IMG/VR virus record: IMGVR_UViG_3300028832_000109
Span: 44,609-108,608 of that record
Source of the DNA: a virus
Taxonomy: Duplodnaviria > Caudoviricetes
DNA: 64,000 nucleotides
Strand: one strand, 5' to 3'
Shown piece by piece: positions 36,817-45,137 of this stretch (position 1 is the stretch's first letter; each line of letters begins with the position of its first letter). The translations under genes were made by a program, and so were the position numbers. Under the pieces are notes generated by a model, which worked only from the letters and a program-made list of their open reading frames with translations, made no database searches and was not told where the DNA came from.

Positions 36817-37507
36817 TGTTGCTCATCTCCTGCATGATTTCGTCGATTTGGTCCATATCGATGTCGATGTTGGACAGGTCCGGCTCGATTGACGGCACAT
36901 CCTCTACCACACGGCGTACTTTCCCCTCGCCAAGGCACAGACGGCACGGTTTCCCGTTCACTTCGCCGGTACCGCCGCATTCGGGACACTCCACTATGTC
37001 CGGTTGTTCCTCGAGCCGCTTCTCCCCTACCTTGACGGGATGCTTGGCCACGTAATCTAGTTCGCTGTCGGTAATCTTGATATTCTTTTCCGCCGCCATC
37101 TTCTGCTTGATGTCGTTCTCGAGGATGAGGGTGAACTTGTTCGCATCTACATGGGGGGCCAGTGCTAGCACAATGTCAACCATGCCGAAGCCCGGAACTT
37201 TCGTGGAATCTTCCATTATCCTCTCCGGGCGAGCATACTTGTTGTAGACCTGCCAGATGGCCAGGTTCACCTTGTCCTTCGCTTTCTTGAGATAGGAATC
37301 CGGCATCTTCAGCGTGATACAGATATCTCCAGGGAACCTCGACGTCTGAAGGAAAGCATTAATTTCCCCCACTATATCGTCTACCCCGAACTTCCTCTGC
37401 GCTTCCGAGCCGCTGGGCCCCATCTCGTCGCCACGATTGATGCCGTCAGTCTCTTGCGGGTCCCCGCTCAGACCGTCGTTGTCAGCATATTCTTCACCGT
37501 ACCTCAT
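36809..37507 (-). CDS. Hypothetical protein, possible gp33-like late co-activator with a DnaJ-type Zn finger
   Basis: CPECGGTG / CRLCLGEG pair is clear; 'MVDIVLAL...LILENDIKQKMAAEKNI' weakly resembles gp33, which lies near gp32 in T4-like phages. Confidence 0.4.
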   Translation of the reverse strand: MRYGEEYADNDGLSGDPQETDGINRGDEMGPSGSEAQRKFGVDDIVGEINAFLQTSRFPGDICITLKMPDSYLKKAKDKVNLAIWQVYNKYARPERIMEDSTKVPGFGMVDIVLALAPHVDANKFTLILENDIKQKMAAEKNIKITDSELDYVAKHPVKVGEKRLEEQPDIVECPECGGTGEVNGKPCRLCLGEGKVRRVVEDVPSIEPDLSNIDIDMDQIDEIMQEMSNNG

Positions 37508-37542
37508 GTATATTCCGCCATAGGTGTATTCCGGTGTTGAAA

Positions 37543-38289
37543 CTATGCTTTTTTCTTTCTCACCGGTTTCTTGCGGCGGGCCAATGCTTCCAGGTCGATG
37601 GGCCAGTCATCGCGATGCACCACCTTGTAGTCGGCCAGGGCCTTTGTGCGGGAATCCGAGCGGAACAGAAGCAGTGCACGGGTGTCTTCCGGGATACTGT
37701 CGGGCCCAAGGAGTTCCAGCTTGATATGGTTACGGAGAATCTCGCACATCCAGAAGGCATCGCAAAGGTCGGCGTGAGGACTCTCGTACTGCTTAGGGAA
37801 TTGCTCGAACTCAGGAAAATAGAACTGGGGATACAGCGCCTTGACTGCCTCGCACATGGCCGGTTTACCGGCATTACCGTTCCCCGTGGCGAAATGCTTA
37901 ATCTGGGTAATCCCGTATGTGATTATCCCCTTCCCCTTTAGATAGAAGTGCCTGCGGTATATCCCACAATACTCCCCTATTTGGAAAATCGCATTACTGT
38001 TACCCTTGTTGGCTTCCTCGTATGCATAATCCTCGAAAGCGATATACTTCACGTCATCCATGTCGCGGTCGAGAATGGCGAGTGCCCGTTCCTGCCTAAC
38101 CAGGTGAGGAATCTTGTCGTAATCCGTGCCGATACACATGATGTGTACGTGGTCGGTTTCCAAGATAGCGTTCAGATGCGCCTGGAAACCGTAATAGTGG
38201 ATGTCCTTGATGTCGAAGGTCTTGTCGTCGAGGTCCATTATGACCTTTCCGGTAGAGTCCATCGACGGGTCTATGCCTGCTATCTTCAT
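37543..38289 (-). CDS. RuvC-like Holliday junction resolvase
   Basis: 'IAGIDPSMDSTG', 'IAFEDYAY', 'IKHFATGNGNAGK..M', 'DLCDAF'. Confidence 0.88.
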   Translation of the reverse strand: MKIAGIDPSMDSTGKVIMDLDDKTFDIKDIHYYGFQAHLNAILETDHVHIMCIGTDYDKIPHLVRQERALAILDRDMDDVKYIAFEDYAYEEANKGNSNAIFQIGEYCGIYRRHFYLKGKGIITYGITQIKHFATGNGNAGKPAMCEAVKALYPQFYFPEFEQFPKQYESPHADLCDAFWMCEILRNHIKLELLGPDSIPEDTRALLLFRSDSRTKALADYKVVHRDDWPIDLEALARRKKPVRKKKA

Positions 38290-38303
38290 GCGTTAAACCT
38301 ACA

Positions 38304-40013
38304 TCAGATATAGTCCGACACGGTATCGTGCACGGTCGTTTCCGCGGTATTCGATACCTCAACTCCAAGCTTGCTTACTCCGCCGGGAATGCTGGCGTTC
38401 TCCTGCTTGGAAATGGCGCGTTTCGGTCCCTGTTTCTGCCCTCGTTGTGGAGAATTGATTTGCGGTTCGACCTCGGCCATAGCCGTATTGTATGCGTTGA
38501 CCTCGTCGGCCGTCGGGCTGAACCACCGCATCTTTCGGAAATCGCACCGGGTAAGGAACATGACTAGAGCCTGTCCGAGACGGGATTTCAGGATGTAATG
38601 GCAGAACATGCCCATTGAGCGGAGTACGTCGTTCGCCGCGATGGAAATCATGAGGTCCGCCGTTTCGGCATACCCCGAGGAACCCTCGACCGACTCTATA
38701 CCAGCTTCCACGTTGTGGTAGCCGCTCCTGTTGAACTGCACGGCAGACACGCAGGCAAAGTTGCGCTCTATTGCAATGTCCCTCAACTGCTCGGCCTTCA
38801 TCACGCCGTCGTTGTACATGCTGCTCTCGGTAAGCCGACCGCGGCTGGCCGGCTTCATGATTCCGATATAGTCGACGACCAGGAGGTCGAGCTTTCCATG
38901 GGCGAGTTCGAATGAATCTATCACCGCCTCGATTTCCACCGGGGTGGTCGTGGTCTTCATGTAGCGAACGTGCAGCTGGCCCGGCTTGGCGCCGACCGTT
39001 CCTGTGGCAGCGGCCGCTGCATCGATGCGTTCGCGTATTACGTCACCGGTAAGGTTGACGACATCATACATATCAACGCCGCATATGTTGGCCGCGAGAC
39101 GCTGCCATACGTAATCTTCTGCAAGTTCCAGTGTAATGTAAAGTACGTTGAACCCGCTCTTGTATGCAAAGGCCGCCTCGCTACATAGAGTAAGCGACTT
39201 ACCGATGTTTGGCTGACCGACGAAGAGGGTCAGCGTCTTGCGGTAATAACCGCCACCGGCCATCATCCCGTTCTGGTCCGGTCTACCTGTATAGTAACGT
39301 ATTTCGTTGATGCCAGACGGTATGCACTGCTTCTGCTCGCGGAGCTTCGCCAGCGCCAGTTCGGCATCGCTGTACATGTTCAGGCCGAGGTCAGTATGCA
39401 AACTGAAATTAACGGAAGCCTGCAAACGAGGAATAAGGTCTCGTATGCCGTCCACTCGCTTGTCGTGGATGGACTCCGCCGCACTTACGAGAACTTCCTC
39501 GGAAAGACGCTCCTTGAAGAACGATTCCACCATCAGGACAACGTAGTCCTGGTGCATCGTCTGAATCGGGGTGTTGTATATGAAAATCAGCTTGTCGCGG
39601 GCCTGCAACGCGTATTCGTTGGCGCCCATCCCGGTAATCAGCTCCTGTGCAGTGGGAATCCGGTCATGTTTCTTCTCGAACATGCGCACGATTTCCACGA
39701 TTGTCCTGTTTATCGGGTCCCGGAACAGTTCCGGGCGCAGCGTATCCCTCAGCTTCGGCCCAACGGCGGCATCCTGGAAGAATACCCGTATTACCAGGTC
39801 TTCCTGAGTGAGTGCATACACCTGCTGAGGAGGCTGCAAGTAACCGGGCTGCTGCCCGTTCAACTGAGCCTGCACTACCTGATTGGCTGCCTGCACAGCG
39901 GCCAACTGGGTATTCATCGCAGGATATATCGCCTGCTGTTGTACCATAGGCGCATACGCACCCTGCATAGTTGGTTGTGGCTGCGCATACGACGGGTTAG
40001 CTAATTGTTCCAT
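38304..40013 (-). CDS. Replicative DnaB-family helicase (gp41-like)
   Basis: Walker A GQPNIGKS, 'VLYITLEL', 'LLVVDYIGIM', 'SAVQFNRSG', 'ETADLM', 'KSR'. Confidence 0.95.
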   Translation of the reverse strand: MEQLANPSYAQPQPTMQGAYAPMVQQQAIYPAMNTQLAAVQAANQVVQAQLNGQQPGYLQPPQQVYALTQEDLVIRVFFQDAAVGPKLRDTLRPELFRDPINRTIVEIVRMFEKKHDRIPTAQELITGMGANEYALQARDKLIFIYNTPIQTMHQDYVVLMVESFFKERLSEEVLVSAAESIHDKRVDGIRDLIPRLQASVNFSLHTDLGLNMYSDAELALAKLREQKQCIPSGINEIRYYTGRPDQNGMMAGGGYYRKTLTLFVGQPNIGKSLTLCSEAAFAYKSGFNVLYITLELAEDYVWQRLAANICGVDMYDVVNLTGDVIRERIDAAAAATGTVGAKPGQLHVRYMKTTTTPVEIEAVIDSFELAHGKLDLLVVDYIGIMKPASRGRLTESSMYNDGVMKAEQLRDIAIERNFACVSAVQFNRSGYHNVEAGIESVEGSSGYAETADLMISIAANDVLRSMGMFCHYILKSRLGQALVMFLTRCDFRKMRWFSPTADEVNAYNTAMAEVEPQINSPQRGQKQGPKRAISKQENASIPGGVSKLGVEVSNTAETTVHDTVSDYI

Positions 40014-40043
40014 AGGTCCACAAGTCCGTCAGTTATCTGTCGT

Positions 40044-40083
40044 AAATATAGCAAAGGCGAGAACCTCGATTCTCGCCTTTTTT
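40044..40083 (-). promoter_or_regulatory. Hairpin/terminator after uvsX abutting the TTGCTATATTT promoter of the helicase
   Basis: AAAGGCGAGAA-cctcga-TTCTCGCCTTT at 40053-40080; aaatatagcaa at 40044-40054. Confidence 0.65.
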
Positions 40084-40102
40084 AATGTTTTTGAGCAAGA
40101 AA

Positions 40103-41458
40103 TTACTGGGCGCCTTCGCTGTCCAGTTCCTTCTCCGCATCGAGCCCGAGGGCCTCGGCCTGTTGGATTGCCTTCTGCAGAAGAGCACCATTTGTGGCAG
40201 CATCGGCCATGTCCAGCATCTTCTCGTCGACATCCGCCAATTCCATTTCGGTTTCGTTCTCGGTTTGGTCGTCCCCGAATATGCCGAGCTTCTGGTTCTT
40301 GTACTTCTCCTTGACATAGTCGTTGATTGGGTCAAGAATAGAACCGATGTAGCGGGCAGTGTGCAACTGAGGTTCCGGCGCGACGAGCCATTCGCTCTCG
40401 GGTTTCCTCGGGTCACGGATGACCCACTTGTTGCCTCGGAACGGAACGCCGTCTACCTTTGGGATTTCAAGGTTAGGCCAGTCGGTCTTATTGGTGTACG
40501 GAACGATAAGTCCGGCTTCCTGTGCCCAAACGTGCAAGCCGTAGTATCGGCTGAGCCCGTTCTTGTAACTGAGATACAAACGGGTCCCGAAACCTTCGTG
40601 AACCATGCGGTTCTTGATGTTCCCGACCTGGATGAATATGCCCTTGACTTCCTTCTTCTTCGCTTCGCCCTCGCCGGTCGCCTTGTCCGCTCGGTCGAGA
40701 TACTTGTACACGGAGAGAATGACTGACGCGGAATACTTCGCGCCTTCGCCGCCAGCCACCTTCTTCGGGTCGGTACGAGTCCTGGCGGCATTCGGGTCGA
40801 TATACATGTGGTTCGTGACATACATCGGAACACCGAGTTCGCCAAGGCGGAACGTAATATCCCTGTACATGGCGGCCAATTTCTTGGCCTTGGTAAGGTC
40901 GACCTTGTCTTCACCGGATAGAACGTCGTTGATGGCCTTCTCGGTGCTGAGCATACCCTGGGAATCCAGAACAATGGCGAGCTTGTTCGGGTTAATCAGC
41001 GTCTTGTGCTCAGTCATGTAATTTTCCATCTGATGCAAGATGGTCGAAATACCGCCATGGCAGCGTTCAACCGTATGGAAATGAAGAACCTTGAACTGCT
41101 GAGGGGGGAACCCGGCATAATTGATGAGGTCCTCGCGGGTGGTTTCGTTCTCGGTGTCAATGTAGAACACGAAATACTGGTCGGCGAACAAAGCGGGGCA
41201 GAAATTGTATTTCCCAATGAGGGACTTGCCCGAACCGTAAAGGCCGGCGGCCTGTACCACCTTGTTCTTCGGGAATCCGCCGTAGCAATCCCCGCAAATT
41301 ATCGCGTTCAACGCATAGCACCCGGAGTCGGCAAATCCGTATGTCGGGCGTTCAACCCCGGCGTCGACGTAAGGGTCGGTTGTTGTAATGTTATCCCAGA
41401 ACCCCCATGGGTTCTGAAGGGTCGCGGCCGTAACGTCGGCCTTCTTCCTTGCAGCCAT
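40103..41458 (-). CDS. uvsX: RecA-like recombinase UvsX
   Basis: 'DSGCYALNAIICG', Walker A GLYGSGKS, 'YIDTE', 'IVLDSQGML', 'TNHMY', 'GGEGAKYSAS', 'KNR'. Confidence 0.95.
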   Translation of the reverse strand: MAARKKADVTAATLQNPWGFWDNITTTDPYVDAGVERPTYGFADSGCYALNAIICGDCYGGFPKNKVVQAAGLYGSGKSLIGKYNFCPALFADQYFVFYIDTENETTREDLINYAGFPPQQFKVLHFHTVERCHGGISTILHQMENYMTEHKTLINPNKLAIVLDSQGMLSTEKAINDVLSGEDKVDLTKAKKLAAMYRDITFRLGELGVPMYVTNHMYIDPNAARTRTDPKKVAGGEGAKYSASVILSVYKYLDRADKATGEGEAKKKEVKGIFIQVGNIKNRMVHEGFGTRLYLSYKNGLSRYYGLHVWAQEAGLIVPYTNKTDWPNLEIPKVDGVPFRGNKWVIRDPRKPESEWLVAPEPQLHTARYIGSILDPINDYVKEKYKNQKLGIFGDDQTENETEMELADVDEKMLDMADAATNGALLQKAIQQAEALGLDAEKELDSEGAQ

Positions 41459-41491
41459 ATGTCCTCTTTATCCAAAAAACCCTGATGGACG

Positions 41492-41770
41492 CTAGTCCTT
41501 CAGGATACTGTAACAGTGAAACACTCGTTTCTTGCGAGCATCCTTGAACGTTGAATGCTCGATTTTGCGGCCGGCATCTTTAAGTGCCCTATACAGGCGT
41601 GCTGCCGGATTATCGCTTTTTGATGAGCGTGTGTCCAGGTTGCATGCTGAGATGAACCCGAAATCGGCGTCACCTAGGTAAACGCCTTGCCGTTTGAGCT
41701 CGCCTGTACTCAGGCCACTAAAACGGCTGATGCCATAGGCATCCCGATAAATTAAGATTGCTTCTTCCAT
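41492..41770 (-). CDS. Small hypothetical early protein
   Basis: 92 aa behind a sigma70-like promoter. Confidence 0.6.
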   Translation of the reverse strand: MEEAILIYRDAYGISRFSGLSTGELKRQGVYLGDADFGFISACNLDTRSSKSDNPAARLYRALKDAGRKIEHSTFKDARKKRVFHCYSILKD

Positions 41771-41782
41771 AGTCCATTAATC

Positions 41783-41811
41783 AATATAATCATCAAAAAA
41801 TAAAAAAGCAA
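41783..41811 (-). promoter_or_regulatory. Sigma70-type promoter TTGCTT-N17-TATATT
   Basis: Exact 17-nt spacer, AT-rich upstream tract (41824-41849). Confidence 0.75.
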
Positions 41812-41847
41812 GCACATCGAACCGAAAAAAATGAAGAAAAATCATTT

Positions 41848-42759
41848 TTATTGCCGCGGGGAGAGCAAGTCTATCATGCTCTTCATGTTAGTCCACGTCC
41901 CGCGCAGACTCATAACCGGAATCAGGAATACTGAATGATTCTGGAACTCGACCTTGCTCCAGTGGAACTTGACATCCTGCCTGAGTTCGAATGGACGATT
42001 CGCCACGAGAACGTACGGGCGGAACTGCTTATCCTTCTCACGGTCAATCACGATGACATCGTTGAGCGAAAGTACGGCCTGCCCGGTCGTCGGCTCGATG
42101 GATGTAACCGAAACGGTCGGATTCTTCCCCAGTTCGACATTAATCAGCGCGTCCCCGGACTGGCGGCTAAACATGTGGCGCCTTTCGTCGCGGACCACGC
42201 ACAGGTAGTCATGAAGGTCGAGATACCCTACCGGCTGAAACCGAGCCGGACGTTTTCCCAGGTGCCATATAAGCGACATGTACCTGGCTATCACGGGCTC
42301 GAAGAGTGCCCCATTGTTCTCGTCAAGGTGCGCCATTAGGGTGTATATGCCGGGAAAGTCCTTGGTAAGTTCGGAACAGGTTGTAATCTTCCTCCCCGCC
42401 TTGTCCTGGAACGTGTATCGTCCGGGCTCTCCCGTAAATTTCCCGGTAAACACGTATTTTCCAAAGCGATATAACGGGGAATTGAACGAATTTAGCGCCT
42501 TCGCGAAATCCAACCCATTCCCGGTGGGTATCTTGACCCGGTCAGGAAGAACGTATACCTCGACGGTCTCTCCGACCATCTTCCAGGCGTCCACGACCAC
42601 GCCGCAATCGGTCGTGTACTTCACCTTGGCTATGTGCGCGTGGAATTCCGGATGCCCGTGTATGTCGCACAGCCCCATCGACTCGCCGAGAACGATATGC
42701 CCGGCGTCAATATCGGGCATGTACACTACCTGCGTATTTCCCCGGTGCTGCAGAATCAT
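41848..42759 (-). CDS. Hypothetical protein
   Basis: 303 aa, TGATG-coupled to the gp25 fusion gene. Confidence 0.7.
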   Translation of the reverse strand: MILQHRGNTQVVYMPDIDAGHIVLGESMGLCDIHGHPEFHAHIAKVKYTTDCGVVVDAWKMVGETVEVYVLPDRVKIPTGNGLDFAKALNSFNSPLYRFGKYVFTGKFTGEPGRYTFQDKAGRKITTCSELTKDFPGIYTLMAHLDENNGALFEPVIARYMSLIWHLGKRPARFQPVGYLDLHDYLCVVRDERRHMFSRQSGDALINVELGKNPTVSVTSIEPTTGQAVLSLNDVIVIDREKDKQFRPYVLVANRPFELRQDVKFHWSKVEFQNHSVFLIPVMSLRGTWTNMKSMIDLLSPRQ

Positions 42760-45131
42760 CAGGCGCGTCCCCTATTCTTGAAGGGTATGCTGATTGTCTC
42801 GACATTTCCTGACGGCAGGATTACCCCGAGCGTGAGGTATATGCCGTGCGGGCCCATGTCGGTAATCTTGCAGTGCTCGTAGACGAGGGTGATGCGGGGC
42901 TCGTACGTCTCGAGAACGGATATGCATTCCTTCAGGATGGTTTCCGCGGAGCCTCCCGTACGTATACTGTAGATACGGTCCTCTATTGTCGTTCCAAAAT
43001 CCGGGTTGAACATGCGCTCTCCCCGACGGGTGAGGAGGCATGAGTACAGGTTCTGAATCATGCTGTTCTCGTCGGTAATCTCGCAGAATCCGTTGAATGC
43101 AAAATCGCGGTTGTACGCCGCGCTGCGGCTGACCTTCTTGTCTATTACCCCCGGCTTCATCCGGTCGTTCAGCTTGACGACCCGCGTGACCTCGGCGACC
43201 GCATATATGTCCACTGGTTCGGAACATTCGAACGCTTCCCCGGACGACCAGTCGGCGTGAGGCGGCTTTTCCATGACGGTGAGCGATACGTCTCCCGAAT
43301 AGCCGGACGGCATGACGAACGATAGCGACTCCCCGGTATTGGAAATCACCTGGGACCATTCGTCCGGGTTGGCGGATTCACCCACGCGCACCCTGTAGTT
43401 TCCGGTCATAGCGTCAAACGTACCCGCGTTGTTCGTGTACACGGTAACCCGGTCGCCCGCGGACGCCCTTCCAGGCACCACGGTAACAGGAAGGGGTACA
43501 TGTTCCCCGCCATCGACCATGTGCTGCAGCTCTATCCTGAACGCCGACGGGTCCACTCCAGGTCCGGGCATGGAAAGGGTGACTTCCGCACCTTCCCGGC
43601 CGCGAAGAATGAACATCATCGAGACCGGTACGCCGGCCCGGCAAAGATTCTCGCTTACCGATACGGGTAGCTCAAAAGTGAATACCCTCGGCTCGATATC
43701 GTAGTTGCATGACTGCTCCGCGCCCTGGTCACTCTGTATGACCACGCTGGAAAGAGGCGACCTCTCCGCCATGCGGTAGACTTCCGCGGTCGTGCTTCCC
43801 TCAGTCCACGATGTCCCGGACAGCGCCGAGAGGTACATGACGGCGGAAACTTCCGTGCTGGCCCTTGCGACGACACTTATGCGAAAACAGTTTCCCTCGA
43901 TTCCGCCCTCCGTTACCGGGGGCATGAAGGAAATCACGGCGAATTTCCGGTTAGAAACGGTTATCTTCCCATCCTGTACCGTACCACTCTTCCCGAACCT
44001 GTAGTCGCCGAACTGGTAGTCGGGAGCCAGCTCGAACGCCCCATAAGCATACGGGTATATCGGGTCGGGAGACATGTTCATGAGTGTCGACGAGTTGTCC
44101 AGCGACACCGAGCCGGCCTTCGCACCAGACACCATCGGAATATAGTTGGCGGGGACGTTCGCTACGGGCGTGCGCGGCGCATATAGCACGGTGTCCACCT
44201 CGTCGGTAATGTCCAAGTTCCCCGAACGGCAGACGAACGAGTTCGGCGCGACCGAACATACCACTGCGTTCTCGGCAACGACGGAATTCCCCTTCATAAG
44301 GGTCACGCGGTCCCCCGGTACAAAGGTGTGCGATTCCCATATTACGATTGCTTCGGACGCCCCGAGCATCGGCGAACGCCGAGCACTATACGTGCATACG
44401 CGCCATTTCGAAACGGTCATCCGGGAAACGTCGAGTTCCTCGGAACCAGAGAAGTCAGGCCTAGCCTCGGTGACATAATAGAAGCTGTCTGGAGATAACC
44501 GGGTTATCCGGTATGTCCCGTTAAACCGCTCCCCTGAAACACCGTACGAGTGGTCGGTTACCTGGTATCCGGTAACGGTAACTGCATCCCCATCAGAAAA
44601 CCCGTGGTCGCCACGGGTGACGACGGTCACCCTTCCGGATACCGGGTCGAAGGCAGCCGATTCAACGGAAACCTCGGAAACCAGCTTCTCGAAGAGGATG
44701 TTTACCGGGAGGGAATCTCCCGTATAATCCCCGTCCAGTACGGATTCTCCAGTCAATTTCGCCGGGCTACCCGCGTGATTGCAGAACTCGAACGAGTGCT
44801 CCACTGTGTCATCAGAAAACTCGCACACGACCTCGGTATTGAAAGACGAATCATGGTAGCGGGGGGACATGTCATAGTACGGTTTGCGGAACTTCCCATC
44901 CCAACTCTCATAAGACACGGTGTCGCACGGATTGGATGGTACCGCATACAGACCTAACCCGGAATCCCCGCTCAAGTCGTTCACCGCAGAATAGAGAAAG
45001 AAGAGTCGAGCGCGGTACTTTCCGCTCTTTCCAAAATCCTTCGCCAGCTCGAACGAGCACCGATACTTACCGGAGCCGTCAATGCCGCCCGACACCCTCT
45101 CCACGATATCATCCACAACAGCCATCCTCAC
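42759..45131 (-). CDS. Baseplate wedge gp25-like domain fused behind ~660 aa of beta-rich domains
   Basis: C-terminal 'SMIQNLYSCLLTRRGERMFNPDFGT...LETYEPRITL' is the gp25/gpW signature; N-terminal 'HGFSDGDAVTVTG...FNGTYRIT' and IPT/TIG-like segments. Confidence 0.85.
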   Translation of the reverse strand: MRMAVVDDIVERVSGGIDGSGKYRCSFELAKDFGKSGKYRARLFFLYSAVNDLSGDSGLGLYAVPSNPCDTVSYESWDGKFRKPYYDMSPRYHDSSFNTEVVCEFSDDTVEHSFEFCNHAGSPAKLTGESVLDGDYTGDSLPVNILFEKLVSEVSVESAAFDPVSGRVTVVTRGDHGFSDGDAVTVTGYQVTDHSYGVSGERFNGTYRITRLSPDSFYYVTEARPDFSGSEELDVSRMTVSKWRVCTYSARRSPMLGASEAIVIWESHTFVPGDRVTLMKGNSVVAENAVVCSVAPNSFVCRSGNLDITDEVDTVLYAPRTPVANVPANYIPMVSGAKAGSVSLDNSSTLMNMSPDPIYPYAYGAFELAPDYQFGDYRFGKSGTVQDGKITVSNRKFAVISFMPPVTEGGIEGNCFRISVVARASTEVSAVMYLSALSGTSWTEGSTTAEVYRMAERSPLSSVVIQSDQGAEQSCNYDIEPRVFTFELPVSVSENLCRAGVPVSMMFILRGREGAEVTLSMPGPGVDPSAFRIELQHMVDGGEHVPLPVTVVPGRASAGDRVTVYTNNAGTFDAMTGNYRVRVGESANPDEWSQVISNTGESLSFVMPSGYSGDVSLTVMEKPPHADWSSGEAFECSEPVDIYAVAEVTRVVKLNDRMKPGVIDKKVSRSAAYNRDFAFNGFCEITDENSMIQNLYSCLLTRRGERMFNPDFGTTIEDRIYSIRTGGSAETILKECISVLETYEPRITLVYEHCKITDMGPHGIYLTLGVILPSGNVETISIPFKNRGRA

Positions 45132-45137
45132 CTTCCA

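Noticed and set aside
37504-37521. Mini-ORF MAEYT (CCTATGGCG) overlapping the start at 37507
   Set aside because: Five codons with only a partial match to the CCTATGGAAC motif; could easily be chance.
21493-41458. Inteins or introns in polymerase, helicase or UvsX
   Set aside because: ORFs are continuous; no C/S...HN splice junctions or LAGLIDADG motifs noticed.
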